Origin: Candidatus Electrothrix sp. GW3-4
Lineage (GTDB): Bacteria > Desulfobacterota > Desulfobulbia > Desulfobulbales > Desulfobulbaceae
DNA: 32,000 nt
Assembly (NCBI RefSeq): GCF_037902255.1
Contig: NZ_CP147990.1
Location: forward strand, 90,001-122,000
Reading direction: 5' to 3'
The notes under the pieces were generated by a model that was not told the origin of the DNA, made no database searches, and saw nothing but the letters and a program-made list of their open reading frames with translations. This document shows, in pieces, positions 1 through 8,533 of this stretch. Made by a program: the position numbers and the translations under genes. Each line of letters opens with the position of its first letter. Position 1 is the first letter of the stretch.

Positions 1-473
1 GATCAAATATTGACAAGACTGGCATATATGTTAAGTGCAAAGATGGAAAAGAATATGCTGGCCTTGCTTCGCCCAAAACCCCTTTTTACCTTGAGGCAGT
101 TGCCGGGGACTGTACGATATCTGCAAGCCGGGAGGGGTATAAGGACGTGACCCAAACAGCCACCCTGCCCGGCGAAAAAGATATTTCCGTTCACCTGGTC
201 GCTGACCTACAAGAACACACGCTGAAACCAACAAAAAAGAAACAACAGGCCAAGAGACTTCAGACGGAACTTGAAACGGAATCGGAAACAAAATCTGCTC
301 CGAAAATTGTTCCGAGGCCTCTACCGACAAGGTCTACACCCAAGCCCGCATCAAAGTCAAAAAAGCAGCTTACTCGGGCAGCAAAGCCGAAACCGGACCC
401 GCTCCCGATAAAGACTGAGAAGAAAGGCTGTCAGGATGAACTCAGTGTCGGCATGCCGGAGTTATGCGATTGA
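1..473 (+). CDS. C-terminal part of a PEGA-like domain protein with a K/P/T-rich basic tail (5' end lies outside the window)
   Basis: Frame 3 is open from the window edge to the TGA at 471-473. The translation ...AGDCTISASREGYKDVTQTATLPGEKDISVHL fits the PEGA-type beta-repeat pattern (GY..., v.v..g....v.L). A low-complexity Lys/Pro-rich tail follows. Confidence 0.45.
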   Translation, partial: SNIDKTGIYVKCKDGKEYAGLASPKTPFYLEAVAGDCTISASREGYKDVTQTATLPGEKDISVHLVADLQEHTLKPTKKKQQAKRLQTELETESETKSAPKIVPRPLPTRSTPKPASKSKKQLTRAAKPKPDPLPIKTEKKGCQDELSVGMPELCD

Positions 474-534
474 TGAATAACCTACTCTGCCCCCTTCAGG
501 TCATGCAGAGACAATGTTTTTAAGGAGAAACCTC

Positions 535-1704
535 ATGTTGTCCACAGGAAAGACCACTCTCTTCACCCTGCTCCTCCTCCTTGCTGTCGCTCTGTCTGCC
601 TGTGCATTCAAGACAGGGCCTGGCAAGCGCCAAAACAAAAATCAACCAACCACCTTAAAGAAAGGCATTCCGGTCCTGGGGCGTCGTATCCTGAACAACA
701 TAGCAGAGAAAAAGGCCCTTATCCTCCTGGAGCCCTTTAAAGAAGCCACCCTCTACGATGAAATCAAGGCCAGTGCAGAAATAGAACGACTACTCCTCGG
801 GCTTGGCAGCCGAAAAAAATACACAGGTATTCGTTTAATAAGCACTGCTGATGCCTCTGACAGAGAGCTGGAACAGGCTGATTACATCCTGAAAGGTGTT
901 ATCAGTTACTCCCCCTGGCCCGAGCATCCCACCCAAAAATATTACCGTATCCTGGCTTCCCTGGCGGATCGAAAAACCGGGACATTAACTGCCCGTGCAT
1001 CAATCTGGGTGTACTCGGTGCCTTACGGGAAGCTGGAACTCCCTGTCATAACCGCAGATCCAACAGCAAAGCGTAAGGTGACAGAAATCATCAACAAACA
1101 AAAAATCTCTGTAAAAGATATCAAGACCGATGCCCGAATAGCCAAGGCAAAGGCTGCGTATCGACGCGGACAATATCCAGAGGTTCTCCAGATCCTTGAG
1201 CAACTCATCACGTCTTCCGGCAAGGGGGTCTTAGATGCCTATCGTATGCTCTATCTGGCCTCGCTCAAAATAAATGATTTTTCCGCAGCAGAAACGGCCT
1301 TTTTCAACATGATCAAACTCGGTTTTAAAAACACCTATAAAATGCCGCTGCTCTTTTTGTTTGAATCAAACAGCACCGAGTTTGCCCCAAACCGGGTCCA
1401 GGAATACGATATCTGGATCAGACAGCTGGTTGCCTACCTGCAGGAGAACGAAAAAAAATGTATGCACATCATCGGCCACACAAGCAAGCAGGGGGAATTC
1501 CAATATAATATGGCGCTTTCAGGAGACCGAGCCGCATATATCAAAAACCGGCTGGTTCAGGAATCAGCCGCTCCTGAGCTCGGCGAGCGCATCACGGTGG
1601 AAGGAAAAGGAGAAACAGCCACAAAAGACGGCAGCGAACCGGACAGCGATCAAAATATGATTGATCGACGAGTTGAATTTGAGCTGTTCAACTGTTCCCT
1701 GTGA
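535..1704 (+). CDS. OmpA-family (peptidoglycan-associating) lipoprotein with an N-terminal LpoB/FlgO-like region and a helical repeat region
   Basis: AAGGAG at 522-527 lies 7 nt before the ATG at 535. There is a signal peptide with a lipobox (LLLLAVALSAC). The C-terminus HIIGHTSKQGEFQYNMALSGDRAAYIKNRL...IDRRVEFELF matches the OmpA/MotB C-terminal domain signature. Confidence 0.75.
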   Translation: MLSTGKTTLFTLLLLLAVALSACAFKTGPGKRQNKNQPTTLKKGIPVLGRRILNNIAEKKALILLEPFKEATLYDEIKASAEIERLLLGLGSRKKYTGIRLISTADASDRELEQADYILKGVISYSPWPEHPTQKYYRILASLADRKTGTLTARASIWVYSVPYGKLELPVITADPTAKRKVTEIINKQKISVKDIKTDARIAKAKAAYRRGQYPEVLQILEQLITSSGKGVLDAYRMLYLASLKINDFSAAETAFFNMIKLGFKNTYKMPLLFLFESNSTEFAPNRVQEYDIWIRQLVAYLQENEKKCMHIIGHTSKQGEFQYNMALSGDRAAYIKNRLVQESAAPELGERITVEGKGETATKDGSEPDSDQNMIDRRVEFELFNCSL

Positions 1705-1875
1705 ATCCTTGAACGAAAAAAAACATTTCCTACAATTCCGGGCTGAAACTCATGCTGAAACAAGGTATAGTATTCCAGGCAAAAAACAAGGGCTTCCCGG
1801 CAAGGACGGGAATTGGCTGCGGAAGAGAGCGCGGAGCAGCGAGAGCGGCGAAAATCATGGCAAAAACAGTGAAGA

Positions 1876-2592
1876 ATGATGCAGCAGCCTTTTGACCTCA
1901 AAGGATCATCCTTTACGATCCCCATGCTTTCCCTGCGGGAGGGCGGCAGCATGGAGACGATAGCAGCCCATCTGAGGATGAAGGTGCAGCAGGCCCCCTC
2001 ATTTTTTTACAAGGCACCGCTTGTCCTCAATCTGGGTTCTCTCGCTGAGCCTGAACGATTTGATCTCAATAAACTTGTGGAGCTGGTGCGTGGACAAGGA
2101 TTTATTCCTGTCGGCATAACCAATTGCACAGAGGAACAACAGCAGCAGGCCGGAACAATGGGTCTGGCAGTACTGACTACACGCGGAAAGGGGAGGCAGG
2201 AGGAGGAGCCAGAAGGAGAACAAGAGGAGATACTCCCAGAGGCACCAGCGGTTGAGCAGAACCCCGCTACCACCGTCATCACCGACCCCATACGGTCCGG
2301 GCAGCGGGTCGTGGTGGAGCAAGGTGATCTTATTGTGCTGGCCTCGGTTAGCTCCGGGGCAGAGGTGACGGCAGCTGGTAATATCCACGTCTACGGGGCG
2401 CTGCGCGGACGCGCCTTTGCCGGGAGCGCAGGCAACAGCCAAGCTCGAATATTTTGTCAGCAGCTGGAGGCGGAGCTCGTCGCTGTGGCTGGGGTCTACT
2501 TGGTCAATGAAAATTTCCCTGACAGTCTCCGCGCTCAACCCGTCCATATCCGGCTCCAGGCAGAGAGAATACGTATTACCCCATTAAAATGA
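1876..2592 (+). CDS. minC: Septum site-determining protein MinC
   Basis: The N-terminus is FDLKGSSFTIPMLSL. The C-terminal beta-helix is GDLIVLASVSSGAEVTAAGNIHVYGALRGRAFAG...ARIFCQQLEAELVAVAGVY. It lies directly upstream of minD and minE. Confidence 0.85.
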   Translation: MMQQPFDLKGSSFTIPMLSLREGGSMETIAAHLRMKVQQAPSFFYKAPLVLNLGSLAEPERFDLNKLVELVRGQGFIPVGITNCTEEQQQQAGTMGLAVLTTRGKGRQEEEPEGEQEEILPEAPAVEQNPATTVITDPIRSGQRVVVEQGDLIVLASVSSGAEVTAAGNIHVYGALRGRAFAGSAGNSQARIFCQQLEAELVAVAGVYLVNENFPDSLRAQPVHIRLQAERIRITPLK

Positions 2593-2652
2593 GAAGCAAC
2601 AAACCATCGCAGTATCTTCAGAAAACGACCTGTCATCCAGGAGGACATAGAG

Positions 2653-3528
2653 TTGACGAGAATAATAGTAGTTACCTCCGGTAAAGGAGGCGTTGGCAAA
2701 ACCACAACCAGTGCGGCCTTTGCAACCGGCTTAGCATTACAGGGATACAAAACCGTGGTCATAGATTTCGATGTCGGTCTCCGCAACCTGGACCTGATTA
2801 TGGGCTGCGAACGCAGGGTTGTCTATGACTTTGTCAATGTGATCAACAAAGAGGCCAGTCTGAACCAGGCACTCATCCGTGACAAGCGCGTAGAGAACCT
2901 CAATATCCTGCCAGCATCCCAAACACGGGATAAAGAAGCCCTGACCATGGAAGGGGTTGAGGCGGTTATCAACGAGCTCAAAGAGACCTTTGACTACATT
3001 GTCTGTGATTCTCCGGCAGGGATTGAACATGGGGCCTATATGGCCATGTACTTTGCCGATGAGGCCATTGTGGTTACAAACCCGGAGATCTCCTCGGTGC
3101 GGGATTCGGACAGAATCATTGGCCTGTTGGCCAGTAAGACCAAGCGGGTTGTGGAGAACAGAAGCCCGGTCAAAGAACATCTGCTCTTGACCAGATATTC
3201 TCCAGAGCGGGTAAAAAACGGAGAAATGCTCGCGGTCGAGGATATTCAGGAAATCCTCTCTATCCCGCTCCTGGGAGTCATCCCCGAATCACAAGCAGTG
3301 CTCACAGCATCAAACCAGGGCATTCCTATTATTATGAATAAAAACAGCAGAGCTGGCTTGGCCTATAATGACTGTATCGGACGTTTTCTCGGAGAGGAAA
3401 TTGACCTCCGTTTCATTGACACCAAAAAGAACAGCATCTTTGGCAAGCTTTTCGGGGGAGATAAATGGGGTTATTTGATTATTTCCATGCAAACCGCAAG
3501 TCTGCTGATGTGGCCAAGGAGCGCCTGA
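2653..3528 (+). CDS. minD: Septum site-determining ATPase MinD (3' end probably aberrant, see findings)
   Basis: A TTG start follows GGAGGA (2639-2644). MTRIIVVTSGKGGVGKTT carries the deviant Walker A motif. The conserved C-terminal amphipathic helix ...SIFGKLFGG is followed by 22 extra residues that overlap minE by 64 nt. Confidence 0.9.
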   Translation: MTRIIVVTSGKGGVGKTTTSAAFATGLALQGYKTVVIDFDVGLRNLDLIMGCERRVVYDFVNVINKEASLNQALIRDKRVENLNILPASQTRDKEALTMEGVEAVINELKETFDYIVCDSPAGIEHGAYMAMYFADEAIVVTNPEISSVRDSDRIIGLLASKTKRVVENRSPVKEHLLLTRYSPERVKNGEMLAVEDIQEILSIPLLGVIPESQAVLTASNQGIPIIMNKNSRAGLAYNDCIGRFLGEEIDLRFIDTKKNSIFGKLFGGDKWGYLIISMQTASLLMWPRSA

Positions 3529-3731
3529 GCATCCTCATCGCCCGGGATCATTTTCATAGAAATCAGCCCTCTTTTTTACCGGCCTTGCAAAATGAACTTC
3601 TTGAAGTTATTAAGAAATATGTTGATATTGACCAGGATGATGTCACGGTCTCTCTGGATAGAGAAGAGGACTGCGAGATCCTGGAACTGAATATCGCGCT
3701 CCCGGAAAAGGGGCGTTATAAGGAAGCGTAG
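3465..3731 (+). CDS. minE: Cell division topological specificity factor MinE
   Basis: MGLFDYFHANRKSADVAKERLSILIARD... is a typical MinE N-terminus, and the product is 88 aa. A TAA sits immediately before its ATG (TAAATG). Confidence 0.9.
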   Translation: MGLFDYFHANRKSADVAKERLSILIARDHFHRNQPSFLPALQNELLEVIKKYVDIDQDDVTVSLDREEDCEILELNIALPEKGRYKEA

Positions 3732-3812
3732 TTTGCCAGTTGACGCACGGGAAGGTGAGCCACACCTTCTCAAAAAAAGCACAACAATAACTCTCTAAAA
3801 AAGGAAGTTACC

Positions 3813-4256
3813 ATGAAAGCACTACAGATTATTACCGTCTTCTTATCTCTTTCCCTGCTCTCATCCTGCATGATGGCCAATAAGGGGCAGATGGGTGCCG
3901 CAGGCGGGGCCGCAGGTGGCGCCCTTCTTGGACAGGCGATCGGAAACGACACTGAATCCACCTTGCTTGGCGCAGCTATCGGCGGCATGCTCGGTTATAT
4001 TGTCGGCAACGAAATGGATAAATATGACCGACAGATGCTGAATCGTGCCTACGAGTCCACCCCATCGGGTCAGACCTCAACCTGGGTCAACCCTGATCAC
4101 GGGAACAAGTACCAGGTTACTCCCCAACCTGCCTATGCAGGACCCAACAATCAGCAATGCCGCAAAGCAGAAATCCTTGCGGTTATTGATGGCAGAACAG
4201 AAAGAACCTACTCTACCGCCTGTCGCGACATGAATGGTCAGTGGCAGCTTCAGTAG
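3813..4256 (+). CDS. Lipoprotein with a glycine-zipper segment (17-kDa surface-antigen-like) and a C-terminal Cys-pair domain
   Basis: The signal peptide plus lipobox is LSLLSSC. The Gly-zipper is GAAGGAAGGALLGQAIGN...GAAIGGMLGYIVGNEMD. The C-terminus is TSTWVNPDHGNKYQVTPQPAY...CRKAE...ACRDMNGQWQL. Confidence 0.7.
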   Translation: MKALQIITVFLSLSLLSSCMMANKGQMGAAGGAAGGALLGQAIGNDTESTLLGAAIGGMLGYIVGNEMDKYDRQMLNRAYESTPSGQTSTWVNPDHGNKYQVTPQPAYAGPNNQQCRKAEILAVIDGRTERTYSTACRDMNGQWQLQ

Positions 4257-4272
4257 CACTCCCTTTTTTGTT

Positions 4273-4298
4273 CTCACAGCCCAGTTATGGGCTGTGAG
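4273..4298 (+). terminator. Perfect 11-bp stem / 4-nt loop hairpin after the lipoprotein gene (no clean U-tract)
   Basis: The hairpin is ctcacagccca-gtta-tgggctgtgag. It lies 17 nt after the stop at 4254-4256. A T-run precedes the stem rather than following it, so the terminator function is uncertain. Confidence 0.35.
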
Positions 4299-4363
4299 AT
4301 ATCTTCGCAGGCAGACAAAATGTACCAGCTGTGCAGAAGTCCCTCTCAACAGGACCACAAGGC

Positions 4364-4822
4364 ATGAACAGAAAGAAAAAACATAGCGCAGCCCTCCTTG
4401 CCCTCCTCTTGCTTGTCTCCTGTGCATCTCACCCAACAGGAAAAAATACTCGGGGCAAGAAAAAAAGCAAGGCGATCAGGACCCAGGCTGTTGGCCATGA
4501 CCTTGAAGTTTCTTTACGAGAAGACGCCAAGAAAAGCGGGCTCGCCCTTCTTGTGAACAAAGAGATGGACAGATATGATCGTGAGCAAGTCAACCATGTC
4601 TTTGAACGCGGCCTTTCCGGCCGGACCTCCTCCTGGACCAACCCAGACAAGGGCAACCAATACCGCATCACCCCCTTGCCTGCCTATCAAACCATTGGCA
4701 AGAGTGTGTGCAGGAAGGCACGAATGGAGGCAATGCTCAACGGCAACGACCAACTCGAAACAACCAATACCAAGGCATGCCGCGCCAAGAACGGCCAATG
4801 GCGACTCAGCGAGGAGAAATAG
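4364..4822 (+). CDS. Lipoprotein, paralog of the 3813-4256 product lacking the glycine zipper
   Basis: The ATG at 4364 gives MNRKKKHSAALLALLLLVSC (lipobox). The C-terminal half aligns residue-for-residue with the upstream gene (EMDRYDR...TSSWTNPDKGNQYRITPLPAY...CRKAR...ACRAKNGQWRL). Confidence 0.7.
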   Translation: MNRKKKHSAALLALLLLVSCASHPTGKNTRGKKKSKAIRTQAVGHDLEVSLREDAKKSGLALLVNKEMDRYDREQVNHVFERGLSGRTSSWTNPDKGNQYRITPLPAYQTIGKSVCRKARMEAMLNGNDQLETTNTKACRAKNGQWRLSEEK

Positions 4823-4824
4823 GA

Positions 4825-5226
4825 ATGCATTCCGGCAAATTTTCAGTCAGTACCAAGGCCCATATGCAGTTTGTGGATATCACTCAGCAGGTCCAGCAGG
4901 TGGTGAGCGAATCCGCTCTTACCGATGGCGTCGTCTCCCTGTTTAATCCTCATACCACAGCCGGGCTGACGATCAACGAGGGCTGCGACCCGGATGTGCA
5001 GCATGACCTGCTCGGCGTGTTCCGCACAATTATTCCCAGCTCCTACCCCTATCGGCATGCTGAGGGCAATTCACCCTCCCACATGATGGCGACCCTTACC
5101 GGGAGTTCCCTGACTGTTATCATCACAAATGGTAAACTTCAATTGGGCACCTGGCAGCGCATCTTTTTCTGTGAATACGACGGTCCCAGAAGCCGTAACG
5201 TGATCTGGAAGGTCATAGCAGGATGA
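4825..5226 (+). CDS. yjbQ: YjbQ/UPF0047 family protein (secondary thiamine-phosphate synthase-like)
   Basis: An internal ATG at 4825 gives a product of family length (133 aa). Motifs are FVDITQQVQQVV, NPHTTAGLTINE, YPYRHAEGNSPSHMMATLTGSS and LGTWQRIFFCEYDGPRSR. Confidence 0.8.
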   Translation: MHSGKFSVSTKAHMQFVDITQQVQQVVSESALTDGVVSLFNPHTTAGLTINEGCDPDVQHDLLGVFRTIIPSSYPYRHAEGNSPSHMMATLTGSSLTVIITNGKLQLGTWQRIFFCEYDGPRSRNVIWKVIAG

Positions 5227-5471
5227 CACAAGAAAAAAAAATACCTTTTGAGCAGATCTGTTTTGGTCTCAACCGGCAACTGGACGAACAATCGCTTGCC
5301 CTTTTTCTCGGCCTCTTCACCCAGGAACAACTCCTCAACATCCTGATCCCACGTTTAGAAGAAGAGGACGTAACAGGACTCGTCCAACACCTGACCGAGC
5401 TGCTCCATAAGCATTTGACAGAAAAAGAATACCATGAACTCTTTCTTGGTGATGAGGATCATTTGCATTGA
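5223..5471 (+). CDS. Small acidic hypothetical protein (82 aa)
   Basis: An ATGA start/stop overlap with yjbQ suggests translational coupling. I recognise no family. Confidence 0.45.
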   Translation: MTQEKKIPFEQICFGLNRQLDEQSLALFLGLFTQEQLLNILIPRLEEEDVTGLVQHLTELLHKHLTEKEYHELFLGDEDHLH

Positions 5472-5827
5472 GATCTTGACAAAAATGGCTAAGAAGGACA
5501 AAATAGCATTTTATGGAGATATTTCGCCAGCTCCCTCAATATCCCTGTCGTACAAGGGATAAGAAGGGGAACCTCCTCTCATGATCGGGAAGCAACGCAG
5601 GATGTCACGAGGATCGAACAGAAAAAGGCTGTTCAGCACGTCGTCCCTGATTCTGTCTGCGACAAGATAATCTCACATGACGCACTTCACGGCCTGAACG
5701 TTCCCGCCCTAGGGCGGCAATATATCACAATAGAATCACAGTAGAAAGATAGAAAGAAAATTACAGGATACACCGCAGCCAGCGGGTATCGAAGCCAGAA
5801 GCTTTGCAAGAAAAAAAAGGAAGGCCT

Positions 5828-6976
5828 ATGAAAACCAACACTTTGTTCAAACCATTCATTCTTTCAGTGCTTATACTCGTGTCGTTCAGCACGCTGCTTT
5901 ACCTGATCACAGGCAGCCCTGAAGCAAGTACATGCGGCGCTGTAATGAGTTCTTTAGGAATGATCGTTCTGGGGATACTCAGAGCCATCCAGTGGATTAT
6001 CGCCATGACAGTGGCTCTCCTTTTCTGCCTGGCCTTTCTTATTGCTCTTTTTTTAGGAGCAATCGCCCTGTCTAACCGGAATGCAGCCGCCAAGATGTAT
6101 GGTAGTTTAAAAACACTCCTGCTCAGCTGGTTACCCTCGTTCTCAGGGAGATGCTGTACCTCCACGCAGGCTCCTCAGGAAGAAGCAGAGACAGCTGTTC
6201 AGAAACAACATGAGGTTCTGCAAGCTGAAATAAACGGGGTGCAGGAGCACCTGCATGCGACCCGGCAGGTCCTGACCGATAAAATCGAGCAGCTCACGGC
6301 CCGCATCGACAACCTGGAAGCAATGACGACTGACATGGCCACGAAACAGCAGCTGGACGATATGAGCCATGAAGTGCAGGATGCAGTGGATGCACTGAGC
6401 GGAATCCAGTCTGCGGTTTCAGCCATGCAAAGCTCTGTCGATCAAACAGCGAACCAGCTCCAGGAACGTTCTCCAGAGAAGATTCTCGGGGATCTTCCTC
6501 AACGGGTCCAGGGCCTGGAGGAACAGCAAGGTGCGGGGCAAACGGCTGAACCTGTTGACATCAGCCCGCTCCAGGATGATATCAAGGCCATGCAAAGCGA
6601 GCTGAGCCACGTCAAAGAAAAGGCAGACAAGGCCCTCCAGACGGCAGCAGACAGCACTGCTACGCCAGCTGTCCAGGAAAAAGCCCAGCAAGACAAACCT
6701 GCCGTCCCGGCTCCCCCGGAAAAACAGGCCGCTGCGCCCGAACAAGAGCAGGAAAAGGAAACAGAAGAAGAGCACCGCATCTTTAGCTATTTTGATGCAC
6801 CTGCTGATAAAGAAAAACTGGCAGAGCTGGTGGCATCGACCTTGGGGAAAGATATGAGCTATAAACAGGTCCTGAACTTTCTTGTCAAAGAATTTGGCTC
6901 AGACAAGGGCAAGATTATCAGCTCCCATCCCTCGCTGAGCAAGGACTATATCCGTCAATGCCGTAAGAGTCGCTAA
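5828..6976 (+). CDS. Membrane-anchored coiled-coil protein (three N-terminal TM helices, long Q/E/A-rich coiled coil, small basic C-terminal domain)
   Basis: AGGAAGG lies 5 nt before the ATG at 5828. Hydrophobic segments span residues 10-90. Heptad-like polar repeats follow (LQAEINGVQEHLHATRQVLTDKIEQLTARIDNLE...). The C-terminus is SYKQVLNFLVKEFGSDKGKIISSHPSLSKDYIRQCRKSR. The family is unknown. Confidence 0.6.
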   Translation: MKTNTLFKPFILSVLILVSFSTLLYLITGSPEASTCGAVMSSLGMIVLGILRAIQWIIAMTVALLFCLAFLIALFLGAIALSNRNAAAKMYGSLKTLLLSWLPSFSGRCCTSTQAPQEEAETAVQKQHEVLQAEINGVQEHLHATRQVLTDKIEQLTARIDNLEAMTTDMATKQQLDDMSHEVQDAVDALSGIQSAVSAMQSSVDQTANQLQERSPEKILGDLPQRVQGLEEQQGAGQTAEPVDISPLQDDIKAMQSELSHVKEKADKALQTAADSTATPAVQEKAQQDKPAVPAPPEKQAAAPEQEQEKETEEEHRIFSYFDAPADKEKLAELVASTLGKDMSYKQVLNFLVKEFGSDKGKIISSHPSLSKDYIRQCRKSR

Positions 6977-7144
6977 CAGCGCGACCTCCCCTTCTCCTTT
7001 TTGTATGTAAGGTGTTGCGGTTTTTCCTCTCTTCTTTTCAGGGCGAGGAGCCGCAACATTTTTCTTAACCGCTCTCTTCTCCGCTGGCCTCTCCGGCCAC
7101 ATCCCCGGAACATCCTGGGCGACTTTTCATCTTTCACAAAGTTC

Positions 7145-7651
7145 ATGAAAAACAAACACATACTTCTCTCGATCCCGGCCCTTCTTTTTCTGATCTGGCT
7201 GGCCTGGTACTTCTCGGACAAACAGGTCATCAAACGTCAACTGACCGAACTCACCTGGAACATCAATAAGGAAAAGAAGGAACCCACCTTGGAAACTGGC
7301 CTCAAGCTCCGTGAGGTCAAACGGATGCTGGCCTCGGATGTCCAAGGCGTTATCCCTCAACGCAACTACCGTAAGACTCTGGACCGCGATATGGCTATCC
7401 GTTACCTGATGTACTATCGCGACCAGTACGAGACGTTGACGGTCAGCTTTTCCGATCTCCTCATTGAACTGCCAGCAAAGGGAGAGGCCACGGCGACGGC
7501 CACCGCGCTTGTGGAGAAGAAAAAGCCGCAGCATGATCTTGAGGAGCTCAGTGACCCCATAGAGATTCTCCTCAAGAAAGACAAAGAGGAAAAAGGGGGC
7601 AGGGAGTGGCGGCTGGTTCAGGCGACCATACCAGCAACCTTGGTGGAATAG
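7145..7651 (+). CDS. Membrane-anchored hypothetical protein (168 aa)
   Basis: This is the first ATG of the ORF. MKNKHILLSIPALLFLIWLAWYF is a signal-anchor, followed by a mixed alpha/beta-looking soluble part. There is no clear SD. Confidence 0.55.
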   Translation: MKNKHILLSIPALLFLIWLAWYFSDKQVIKRQLTELTWNINKEKKEPTLETGLKLREVKRMLASDVQGVIPQRNYRKTLDRDMAIRYLMYYRDQYETLTVSFSDLLIELPAKGEATATATALVEKKKPQHDLEELSDPIEILLKKDKEEKGGREWRLVQATIPATLVE

Positions 7652-7666
7652 GAAGACGATCTTTCA

Positions 7667-7705
7667 GCCTTTGCTCCCCCTTTGTAGCAGGAGGGAAGCA
7701 AAGGC
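7667..7705. terminator. Stem-loop between convergent genes (12-bp stem with one bulge)
   Basis: gcctttgctccc pairs with gggaagcaaaggc. It lies between the stop of the 7145-7651 gene and the stop of cvpA. Neither side has a strong U-tract. Confidence 0.35.
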
Positions 7706-7717
7706 GTGGCGTGCTGA

Positions 7718-8389
7718 TTAATGGGTGATGATCTCGGTGCTGCTTGCCGGATCATCGCCAGCACGAGACGGTTGAGGCGACTGACGAGGCTGCGCTGGCG
7801 CAGCAGGAGCAGGGACCGCCTGCTCCTGCTCTTGCTTGTCAGTGACCTTTTTCTGCACAGATGGCTTATGAGCTTCCTTACGGGGTGTTAAGGCCTTTTT
7901 GATCCCTGCATCCCGGATAAGACTGCGTGCCATGCCCGCCCCCTGCTCAAGATAGGATGCGGTGAGTGAATCACGGAAAAAATGGTCTGCTGGCGGCAGG
8001 CTCGCAGCCCAGAACATCACGACAAGCACCACAAGCATAACTGCCTTGGCCAAGGCAAGAGGCGCACCGAGAAAGATCCTGTTGCCCCAGCCCACCACCT
8101 TGACCTGGATGATCTTACCAATCAATTTTCCGATCAGCTTAAGAAGCAGGGTCGCGATGATCAAGAGTACTAGAAAGCTGACGCCAAAAACGATCTTGGG
8201 ATTCTGGGTGATTTGGGCAAGGTGGGGCATCAGGTCGCCAGCATATTGTCCAGCAGCCCAATAGCTACCGACCAGGGAAATGGCAAAGGGCAGCTGCCGC
8301 AAGAACCCTACCCAGAGCCCATGCACGACAAAGAGGATCAGAACAGCGAGAAGAATATAGTCAAACAGGGCGATACTGGCGAGGTTCAT
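7718..8389 (-). CDS. cvpA: CvpA (colicin V production) family membrane protein with a P/A/Q-rich C-terminal tail
   Basis: The ATG at 8389 is preceded by GGAG. MNLASIALFDYILLAVLILFVVHGLWVGFLRQL is a typical CvpA N-terminus, and there are four TM segments. The ORF could extend to a TTG at 8404. Confidence 0.75.
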   Translation of the reverse strand: MNLASIALFDYILLAVLILFVVHGLWVGFLRQLPFAISLVGSYWAAGQYAGDLMPHLAQITQNPKIVFGVSFLVLLIIATLLLKLIGKLIGKIIQVKVVGWGNRIFLGAPLALAKAVMLVVLVVMFWAASLPPADHFFRDSLTASYLEQGAGMARSLIRDAGIKKALTPRKEAHKPSVQKKVTDKQEQEQAVPAPAAPAQPRQSPQPSRAGDDPASSTEIITH

Positions 8390-8533
8390 AGCAACAATCT
8401 CCAAAACAGGTTGATGAAAAGAACCCCTCTCCAGAACACGACCTTTTTTTGAGTGGCTCCTTTTTCTTGCAGGTCACTTTATTATACCGTTTGCTCATTA
8501 TTTGACAAGTACCACTCACCCTTGCAACAAACT

